Shown here piece after piece: positions 53,140 through 64,000 of a DNA stretch of 64,000 nucleotides. Position 1 is the first letter of the stretch; each line of letters starts with the position of its first letter. The stretch comes from the human T2T-CHM13v2.0 reference genome, Homo sapiens. The translations under genes and the position numbers were made by a program. A model generated the notes under the pieces. The model saw only the letters and a program-made list of their open reading frames with translations, did no database searches and had not been told where the DNA came from. The stretch lies in the NCBI RefSeq assembly GCF_009914755.1, contig NC_060935.1, one strand, 5' to 3'.

Positions 53140-53618
53140 AGCATGCAGTATAATGGCTTCTTAAAGTGTCCACATCCTAATACCTGGAACCTGTGAATAT
53201 GTTAGATGGTAAGGGGTAATTAAGGTTGCTAATCAGCTGACCTTAAAGTAGGGCGATTATCCTGGATTAGGTGGGCCCAATGTAATCACAGGTGTCCTTA
53301 GATGTGGAAGAGGGAGGCGGAAGAGTCAGTGTCAGAATGACGTGATGTGAGAAAGACTTGGAGTCTGTTGCTGACTTTAAAGACAGAAGAGGGTCACCAC
53401 CTAGGAATGTGGGCAGCCTCTAGAAGCTGGAAAAGGCGGGGAAATGGACTCTGCCGTAGAGTCATCAGAAAATAACGCAGCCCTGCTGCCACCTAGATTT
53501 TAGCCAAGCGAAACCTATTGTGGACTTTTGACCTCCAGAGCTCTAAGGTAATATATTTGTGTTGGTTTAAGCCACTATTTGTGGTAATTTATTACAGTAA
53601 CAGTAGGAAATTTATACA
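53140..53618 (+). mobile_element. MLT1C/D-type MaLR LTR
   Basis: tgtccacatcctaatacctggaacctgtgaatatgtt...gtggtaatttattacagtaacagtaggaaatttataca. Confidence 0.82.
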
Positions 53619-53744
53619 GAGGCCATGCTCAAAGACTTTATCTGGAAGCCATGGGAAGTATGTGGCGGGACTCTGTATAGAGAGAATATATCTGAGCTGT
53701 AAAGGTTGGAGGGTAAGAGATCAGGTAGGAGACTGGAGACTATT

Positions 53745-54145
53745 GGTAGAGTCTAGGTCTTGGGTCCTTTGAGAGGCAGATGACAAAATGGGATTGGGTG
53801 AACTGGAGCTTTAGGGGTTACAGGCACAGGAGGGGGAATGTCCGTGAAGGCTGAAGGAGAGGGAACAGGAGTAGGGAGGGAAAGGAGAGAAGGATGGAAG
53901 GAGCAGCAGGTAGGAAGGTAGGAAGAGTCTCAGACTGCGGCACAGTTCCAAGAAAGATTCAGCCAGGCTGATGGGGAGTCACTGATCCAAAATTGTCCAT
54001 CAGAGGAATCCCCGGGCCTGCAGTAGCACTGCTGAGCCCCGCCATTGACTAGGAGCAGCCCGGGGGAAGCATGGCTTTTCCATGGTGGGTCTAGAGGAGG
54101 CACAGCTGGCATTGTCAGTCAACTATGCTTCTCACAGCAGGAGGG
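53745..54145 (-). mobile_element. LTR16-like ERVL LTR
   Basis: ggaagagtctcagactgc...cagccaggctgatgggg...gtcagtcaactatgct motifs; diverged. Confidence 0.45.
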
Positions 54146-54712
54146 TGGTGTATTTCTAAGGGGTGGTGTGTGTTGGAGGGGCTGCTGGAAAACTGGGGAT
54201 TGAGGCTCACTGAGAAATGTTGAGCTAGCTGTGTTAGCTCAGCAGCTGTTTTTACTATTGCTGAATGACTCTTTGCATCTGGGATTCATTTAGACTGTAA
54301 TCAGCTGTACTGCATAGAAACTGCATTCAAATCCTGATTTTTTTTTTTTTAAATCAAAATTTGGTCTGGTGTAGTTGAGGCGGTTTGCTGTTCTTCTCTT
54401 GACGGCAACAGGTGGAGCATTCTAGGGCGTTTCAATGCTTTTTTCATCAGGCATTATTCACTTTAGCGAGAAATAGGCATTACCAGAGAGTTGTGAGAAG
54501 TATAAGAGGATGGTCAAATGTCACCCTTTTCTCCTCCGCTTTTCAACTTTTCCAACAGCCGTGGGAAGCCTTTAATAAGGACCATCCCTGAAATATCTCT
54601 TCCCTGAATTCAGAAGAATAGTGAGACAGATTTGTAGACTGAGTATGAGTATTATGGAGATGTAAGTGATTTTTCCCCCCTAAGAAAGGGATAAAGGGAA
54701 GGAGAAAGAGTT

Positions 54713-55275
<563 letters not shown>

Positions 55276-55334
55276 ATTTTAGAACATCAACAGAATCAAA
55301 AGTTCCTTTTCTTTGTCTTCTTTTAAAGAATATG

Positions 55335-55691
<357 letters not shown>

Positions 55692-57006
55692 CTAAACTTT
55701 CCCTCCAGGAGGTTAACTGACTTTAGGAAGATAGATGTGCTGTGCAATGTTTTGTTTGAGGAGCTCGCTTTGCCTGTACTGTGTCTCTTGCTGGGGATTG
55801 AAGAGTGTGTTGGCAGCCTGCCTCCTTCTGTAGGCATTCCATTCCCTTTGAAAACAGCTTTTTAGCTGATAATACCACGAGTGCTAGAGTGAGCCACACC
55901 TAATTTTAATGCCTTGTTTGGAAGATTATCTTCTAATTGAGGTTCCTTGCTGGGACAGTATGTTATTTGAATAAACCGTTCTTCTAATGCTGGTACACTG
56001 ATTCTGCCTCCTTTCCAGTGATATCTGAAATGATTTGTAGGGATTAAGACAATGTTTTAATATTTGTATTTTCAGCATTGGAGGGCACAGAGTAAACACT
56101 GCCTGGGCAATGTTAAGAATCATAGGAAAGATGTGTAGATTGTAAAATGAAGTACAACTGTCATCCTTTTACTGCCTAGAGTGTAATTTAAATAAATGAA
56201 CCATACAAATGCAGCTTTTTCCTTTTGCGAATCATGTATAATTTGGCAGCATATTTCCAGAACTGAGCAGTAGTTCCTGCCTTCAGCATCTGTAATAAAA
56301 TAATTCTCCTGAGCAGCTGAAATGAAATTCAGAAAATTGGGTTTGTGCTAATAAAGAACATCAGTAATGAATATTTGAATAATGTAAAGTTAGCAAAATG
56401 TTACTTATTGTGGCTTCAAAGCATGACAGACATTTCCCCTGTGTTGAAATAATACTCCTCCTTCAGTAACCCCAAAATGAATAGTTATCAGGTTGGATTT
56501 CATAGGCCACTGATTTATGGTTAAAACTTTGAAAGGATTGTGCTAACAAGAAATATTTCTCCAACTAATTTCACTCTTTTTTCCAAATTGTGTGTATAGA
56601 ACTATTTTCATTGTGATCTGTGGTTTGTGGTAATTTTGTCCTTGTTTCTTAAATTGATATCCCTTGAAGGATGATAGGAAGTAAATTTTCTTCCTAAAAT
56701 TGATGTGGTTGGTGATGCTTTACTGTGTTCAACATTTTGGAGGTCAGATAGTAGTATGTGTGGTGTGTGTGTATTGGGTGACTTTTTTTTCCTTACCAAT
56801 TGAAATGCTTACAAATGTATATTCGATTCAGGGACAGCCTCTTCAGGGCATATTTCGTTACAGAAGGAATGATGGCTTTTAATTAGAAGCGATGATTGAA
56901 TTCAACCCTGAATTACCAAGGATGAGCTGGGCAATACAATGTAGAGAAGAAATGGCTGTGTCGTGAAACAAATGAGTTACCCTGATTCCTTTTTCTTTTT
57001 TTCCAG

Positions 57007-57067
57007 ATAAATGTAAATGAAATCACAAGATTTTCAGATTTTCCCTTGTCCAAAAAAACATTGAAAG
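57007..57067 (+). CDS. DDX10: DDX10 coding exon 2 (INVNEITRFSDFPLSKKTLK-G), start of Q motif
   Basis: Polypyrimidine tract+ccag acceptor, donor AAG|gtaagt, 61 nt, frame continuous with exons 1 and 3. Confidence 0.95.
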
Positions 57068-57348
57068 GTAAGTATATGGTGATCTTGGGATGTGTTATTG
57101 GATTTCTTGGCATTTTTGATAAATGGGAGAAGATTTAGAGGGTTTAGCCTGAAAAATCTTATTTTGGCAAATTTTGATATCATGAAAACCAATGAAAATA
57201 AGCAATATTCAAGTTTTAACAGTACGTTATTCTCATTCTTTCTGGACTAATTAAAAGAAAAACAAGTTTCCAGCATCCTCTGAATAAAATGAAATCTAAT
57301 TTTGTTAGTTAAAATAAGCAAGGGAACAAACCAAGATGCAACACCCTT

Positions 57349-58626
57349 TGTATCTGTTTGCTAGGGCTGAGATGACAAAATATCAGACTGAGTGGCTTAA
57401 ACAACAGAGACTGATTTTCTCACAGTTCTGGAAGTTGGAAGTCTGGGATCAAGATGTTGGTGGCATTGGTTTCCTCTTAAGGCAAAATAAGGGAAGGATT
57501 TGTTCCAGGCCTCCTTGGCTTGTGGATGGCTGCCCTCTTGCTGCCTTTTTATTTTTGGATACATAAAAATTGTATATATTTGGCCAGGTGTGGTGGCTCA
57601 TGCCTGTAATCCCAGTACTTTGGGAGGCCGAGGTGGGTGGATCACAGGGTCAGGAGTTTGAGACCAGCCTGGCCAACATGGTGAAACCCCGTCTCTACTA
57701 AAAATACAAAAATTAGCTGGGTGTGGTGGCGGGCACCTGTAATCCCAGCTACAGGCTGAGGCAGGGGAATCACTTGAACCTGGGAGGCGGGTTCATGCCA
57801 CTCTACTCCAGCCTGGGCAACAGAGTGAGACACCGTCTCAAAAAAAAAAATTGTATATATTTACAGTGTATACATGATGCTTTGAAATATGTATATGCTG
57901 TGGAATGGCTAAATCAAACTAATTATATATGTGCTAATATTACCTCATCCTTTTGTGTTTAGAACTCTTAAAATCTACTTAGTATTTTTTCTTTTTTCAG
58001 TATATTTTAATTAACTATAGCAGTATATATTAAGAGAGATATATAATAGATCTCTCTTTTTTTTTTTTAAGATAGGGTCTTGCTCCGTCACCCAGGGTGC
58101 AGTGCAGTTGTGTGATCTTAGCTCACTGCATCCTCAGCCTTCTGGGCTCAAGTGATCCTCCCATCTCAGCCTCCTGAGTAGTTGGAACTGCAGGTGCATG
58201 CCACTGTGCCTGGCTAATTTTTAAAAATTTTTGGTAGAGATAGAGTTTTGCCATGTTGCCCAGGCTAGTCTTGAGCTCCTGAACTTTAAGGAATCTGCCT
58301 GCCTTGGCCTCCCAAAGTGCTGGGATTATAGGCGTGAGCCACCACGCCTGGCCTACAATAGATCTCTTGAAGTTCTTCCTTCTAACTGAAATTTTGTATG
58401 TTTGATGAACATCTTCCCACTCTCCTTACTTCCCCCAGCTTCTGGTAACTACCATTCTACCCTCTGCTCCTTTGAATTTGGCTTTTTTAGATTCTACATA
58501 TAAGTGAGATTATGTGGCATCTTTATTGCTGTGCCTGGTTTATTTCAGTTAACATAAGGTCCTCCAGGTTCATCCATGTTGTTGTAAATAACAGGATTTC
58601 CTTTTTAAAGGCTGAGTCATATTCCA

Positions 58627-58669
<43 letters not shown>

Positions 58670-59077
58670 ATATAACATATATTTTCTTTACTCATTCATG
58701 GACACTTAGGTTGATTTCATATCTTGGCTTCTGTGAATAATGCTGCAATGAACATGTGAGCACAAATACTTTTCAAAGTAGTGGTTTTATTAATAAACCC
58801 TTTGGATTATACCCAGGAGTGGAGTAGGTGGATCACAGAATAACTTGTCTCTCTTCACATGGTTTTCCCTCTGTGCATGTGGACCCTTGGTGTCTCTTTG
58901 TTCAAGTTTCTTCTCATAAAGACACCGTTTGTGTTGGATCAGAGCCCACCCCTATGGGGCTCTAACTTAATCACCTCTTTAAAGGCCCTGTCTCCAAGTA
59001 TAGTTATGTTCTGAGGTACGAGGCATTAGGGCTTCAACATAGGAATTTTGGGGGACACAACTCACTTAGCCTATAAT
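57349..59077 (-). mobile_element. MLT1A LTR split by an L1MA 3' fragment (57545-58835, minus) that carries two Alus (57582-57850 plus; 58055-58353 minus) and a (TG)n tract (58629-58670)
   Basis: MLT1A halves 57349-57544 and 58845-59077 are collinear; L1 motifs tggtaactaccattctac, tgctgcaatgaacatg. Confidence 0.8.
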
Positions 59078-59128
59078 ACCATCCTACAGGGATCTTCTAA
59101 AGTATAATTCTTCCCTCCATGTTGCCAG

Positions 59129-59259
59129 GTTTGCAAGAAGCTCAGTACCGTTTGGTGACTGAGATACAGAAGCAGACCATTGGATTGGCTTTGCAAGGTA
59201 AAGATGTACTTGGAGCGGCCAAAACTGGATCTGGCAAGACTCTGGCTTTTCTTGTTCCA
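59129..59259 (+). CDS. DDX10: DDX10 coding exon 3 (Q motif, Walker A AKTGSGKT)
   Basis: ccag| acceptor, CCA|gtaagt donor, 131 nt; translates [43 protein letters not shown]. Confidence 0.97.
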
Positions 59260-59969
59260 GTAAGTACATTGTCGTTGGGTCAGACTGTCTGTTATACAAT
59301 TTTATAACATTCTGTGCCCAGATGCAGATTATATAAAGAGATGTTTTCATGTTAGATTTCATGATAGATTGGCTAGAATGCGAGCTTCATCAAACAGGAG
59401 CCACATGTGTGTCTTGTTCTCACCATTTTCCCCAGGTTCTAGCACAGTGCCTTGCATGTGGCAGGCACTCAATAACTTACTGAATGAATGAACTATTGTG
59501 CCTTGACAAGTCATTACATTCTTGATGGAAGTGGAGTGCTCCAGTATGGCAGGTTAAAGTGGTTCTGTGCTGCAGTAGGACTGGTGGGAGACAGTTTCTG
59601 CTCTCACCCTTGTGAGCCTGCCAGTGGCATTTATACTTGCCACCTTGTTTAGGATAAAGCTGAAATATGCTCAGTTTAAGGAGCTTTAGGCATTTGTTGA
59701 GAATTTTCTGGGACATTGCTATCGGTCTTTTATGGCAGCAAAACAGTAGAGCTTCTTAGGCTTTCACTTCCATCTCTGTTACGTTGGTCTCCTAATTTTT
59801 CATTCCTATAAAATGACCCAGAAAAATCTCATTTTAGTTTTTGTTCCAAATATTGCAAAAACCACTTTTCTCTTAAATCCTAGTGTGTTTTTGCCCCCTT
59901 AAAAAAAAAGGCTCCCTATAGCTAGATAATTCAGTTACTATATAACTACAGCAGCTACATGGGTGAAAG

Positions 59970-60276
<307 letters not shown>

Positions 60277-60617
60277 AAAAGTTTTAGTGTGGTTATTTAG
60301 AAAATGATAAATATTATTCTTAAGTGTGTTGTAAAGGTCTTTGGGTTGTACATACCTTTCACTGATAGCCAGTTTCCTGATGGCATGGCTCTGGCAGCAG
60401 CTGAACTACCGTGGGGTTTCTTTTCCCTTTCCTCTGAGTTGGGGGTGGATGGTTCTGATGGAAGATAAACAAAATCATTTACTTTGGACTGGATAAAACT
60501 TGAGTGGTATGCCTTCTGCTTGGAAGATCCCTTTGATTTGGAGGGGCAAGGTTGAGATGCAGGTCAAAAAGCTGACTTCTGATGACTTACTGAACATGAA
60601 TTTGCTGTCTTTTTGAG

Positions 60618-60776
60618 GTGCTGGAAGCCTTATATCGTCTGCAATGGACTTCAACAGATGGGCTGGGGGTTCTCATAATATCACCTACGAGAGAACTGGC
60701 CTATCAGACCTTTGAGGTTCTCCGAAAAGTAGGAAAGAATCATGACTTCTCAGCTGGTCTCATCATTGGTGGAAAG
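60618..60776 (+). CDS. DDX10: DDX10 coding exon 4 (motif Ia SPTRELA, GG doublet)
   Basis: Acceptor ttttgag|, donor AAG|gtttgt, 159 nt; [30 protein letters not shown]...LIIGGK. Confidence 0.96.
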
Positions 60777-61847
60777 GTTTGTCCTTTTGTCTATGTCCTT
60801 CCTTTCCTTCTGTAACCTATACTGGAGTACTGTGGCCGATGACAGGGAGGCAGCAGAGACTTCATCTAAACAGACTGACCTAGACCAGGGCCTCATGGGA
60901 TAGTAGCACTTGGTGTGGTCGCTGCTATCTACGATCTGGTTGCCAATTTTGCAGGCCCAGAAAGTCCATTTTTTTTTGTCGGGGAATCTGAATTGATTAG
61001 CCTCTCTAAGACATATTTACTCTAATCCTGTAAAGTTATTTGTTGATATTCATTGGGAAAGATATTTCCATATATGAACTAGTACCTTTTAATAAGGTAT
61101 CTATCTAAGAGGCTGAATAATTCAGAGGATTGCTACATCAGCAGCGTAAGAAAGGAAGGTAGACTCTTTAGAGGAATGTTTATAGTAGGTCAAGATAAGA
61201 CCTGCTGCTCACTTTTGTTCTATCTTATAGCACATCTAGAATGCCTGTATCTGCTAGAATCTCCACTAGACTGTGAGGATAAATACTTCAATTTTTATGC
61301 AAACATGCACAAAAGAAGAAAGAATAGCATCACAAACCCTTACGTACCTGTTGCCTAACTTTAACAATTAACAACATTCTGTTTTTTCCCACCGCCTCCA
61401 GGACTGTGAGAAGTGGTTCTTGTATCAAGGAGAGAACCTCGGCTTTTTTCAGTTCACAAAGTACAGTCCTTGAGCGGTGTCAGAGTCTGTTCAATGTCCC
61501 TGGGTCCTGAATTAAAGAATGAGAGTGATTCCAGTTTATGTCAGTTCTGATCCAAATAGGAAATCCTGACTTGGAGTATTCATTTGATTATTTTTTTTTC
61601 TTAGCCTCAAAATCCTGGGTATGAATAAGAATTTAGAACTCTGAGCTCCTTATGTCTTCCTGTAAAGACTTTTATTTAGCCCAGAAATGTGGATATGGTT
61701 CAGAAATACAAGGGAAAAGTTATGTTTATTTCCAAGAGTATCTAAAATGTTGTGATGAAATGCCCATGCAGATGGCTTTTATAGCTTTGGTACACAGGCT
61801 GCTGAGAGTGATGTGTCTGTGTAATCAAAATAAATAACTGTTTTCAG

Positions 61848-61968
61848 GATCTAAAACACGAAGCTGAGAGGATCAACAACATAAATATACTCGTGTGCAC
61901 ACCAGGTCGGCTTCTTCAACACATGGATGAAACAGTATCTTTTCATGCTACCGACCTCCAAATGTTAG
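61848..61968 (+). CDS. DDX10: DDX10 coding exon 5 (motif Ib TPGRL)
   Basis: ttttcag| acceptor, TAG|gtgagt donor, 121 nt; [40 protein letters not shown]; not in the ORF track because it is short. Confidence 0.96.
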
Positions 61969-62309
61969 GTGAGTCAAATCAATTGCTAATTTAAAAAAAA
62001 AAAAAGCTCAGACTTAGGAGAGAGCCCTTATACATTTTTATGATAGAAATTTTATGTTAGATAAATGTTATGATTCAAAACAAACTTAAAAATTACTGAA
62101 ACATTTTGGCATTTGGGCTCTAAACCCAGAAAGTAAAAGTAGACTTAAAAAAATCAGAAGAATGTATGTACGCTTATATGTGAAATTAGGCACGTTAGTA
62201 TTAGACCATGCCAAGGTTTTTAACACCTGCTTCTAATAACTTGAAAGGTCAAATTGGCATTTTTTTAAATGAACTTTTTCTTTTTTGCTTGGGAATACTA
62301 CCTGATGTG

Positions 62310-62852
62310 TATTTTTAAATCAACTTTATCTTTGAACATTTTTGATTTGTAGGAAAGTTGCAGTGGAGAGTTCCTGCATTATCCTTCAGCTGGTTTCCCC
62401 TAATTTTTTTTTTTTTTTTTTTTTTTATACAGAGTTTCGCTCTGTTGCTAGGCTGGAGTACGGTGGCATGATCTCGGCTCATGGGTTCAAGTGATTCTCC
62501 TGCCTCAGCCTCCCGATAGCTGGGACTACAGGTGTGCACCACCACGCCCAGCTAATTTTTGTATTTTTAGTAGAGGCGGGGTTTCACAATGTTGGCCAGG
62601 ATGGTCTTGACCTCTTGACCTTGTGATCTGCCCACCTTGGCCTCCCAAAGTGCTGGGATTACAGGCCTGAGCCACTGTGCCCAGCCTTCCCCTGGTGTTA
62701 ATGTCTTACATGACATGGTACTTTTATCAAAACTAAGGTTAACATTGCTACATCATATAAATTCCAGACTTTATTCAGGTTTTACCAGTTTTTCCGCTAA
62801 TGTTCTTTTTCTGTTTTAGGATCCAATCCAGGATACCCATTGCATTTAGCCT
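62310..62852 (-). mobile_element. L1MC 3' fragment with an inserted Alu (62402-62686) in DDX10 intron 5
   Basis: aaagttgca...cagactttattcagg...ggatccaatccaggatacccattgcatttag; Alu TSD ttcccct. Confidence 0.78.
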
Positions 62853-62900
62853 AATGTATATTTTACATATGATAGTTCAACTTGCATTTTCCTTTTTCAG

Positions 62901-63090
62901 TTCTTGATGAAGCAGATAGAATCTTGGATATGGGCTTTGCTGATACCATGAATGCTGTTATTGAAAATCTCCCCAAGAAACGTCAGACTTTACTTTTCTC
63001 AGCAACACAAACTAAATCTGTAAAGGACCTTGCACGCTTGAGTTTGAAAAACCCTGAGTATGTCTGGGTTCATGAAAAAGCAAAATATAG
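62901..63090 (+). CDS. DDX10: DDX10 coding exon 6 (DEAD motif II, SAT motif III)
   Basis: ttttcag| acceptor, TAG|gtatgt donor, 190 nt; [12 protein letters not shown]...LLFSATQ...VHEKAKY; cumulative CDS of 848 nt stays open. Confidence 0.97.
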
Positions 63091-63720
63091 GTATGTACTC
63101 TTTGAGTCAATCAAGATAAATGTTTTTTACTTTTTTAGTTTAGGGATTTGGTATTTTAAATATCTGTTTTCTGGGAATTAAGACATTCTATGAGTTATTG
63201 GTTATGCAAAGCATAGTAAATATACCAGTTAAAATTACCCAAATTCTGCATATATCTTTAAATGTCAGGGTACTTGAATGTAGCATTTCCCAAAATGTGG
63301 TCTGGGAGAGGAACAAATGTTTTTCCATAGATGTTAAGAGGTATTTTACCATTTGCCAACACTACCTCTTAATAAACGAAGGGAGAAGGGATGAAATAGC
63401 AAATGGTGAGTCAAAGTGAAACAGTTTTATTTCTATTTCTCACAACCTTTAATATTTTCAGGGACATTGTGATTGTTGAAAGCAGTGGGAGGGAGGTGGA
63501 TGTAGCTTGCTACATTTACCAAATTTTTTGGGTACGGAATCATCCTTTTTAGCAGGATTATGCAGTACTAATGTGTTATGGAACACATTTTATGAAGTGC
63601 ATTAATATTTAGCAAAATACCTTTCAGTCTAAAATTCTAGCAACTATTGTTTTGTCTTGGTCTCATTAAAAACTAGAGCTTAAAGTATATGTGTTACAGT
63701 AAAAGTATGTATGTTTGTGA

Positions 63721-64000
<280 letters not shown>

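Noticed and set aside
58941-58963. Small hairpin agagccc...gggctct in the MLT1A LTR upstream of exon 3
   Set aside because: A 7-bp stem is within chance expectation, and it lies well upstream of the likely branch-point region

Overview
Human (primate) genomic DNA. Bases 1-48.3 kb are repeat-dense intergenic sequence: about 25 Alus, a near full-length but dead L1MA-type element (30.9-37.8 kb), old L1/L2/MIR relics, several solo ERV1/MaLR LTRs and DNA-transposon MITEs. A CpG-island promoter at about 48.35-49.03 kb precedes coding exons 1-6 of DDX10 (DEAD-box RNA helicase, Dbp4 orthologue) on the + strand; the gene runs off the right end. I found no new multi-gene system. The best leads are small. 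(1) A duplicated CRE+NRF1 promoter module carries a perfect RFX X-box. (2) A 4-codon uORF is followed by an in-frame CUG in strong context that could add a hydrophobic 19-aa N-terminus to DDX10. (3) DDX10 exon 4 is frame-symmetric, with a rare GAG acceptor and a weak donor. (4) A 175-bp local duplication flanks 1.65 kb of mostly repeat-derived DNA. (5) An orphan 29-nt A-tailed insertion has an 18-bp target-site duplication (TSD). (6) There are several rearrangement scars and nested insertions. Repeat subfamily names come from recalled consensus sequences, not a database search, and repeat ends without a TSD are approximate.
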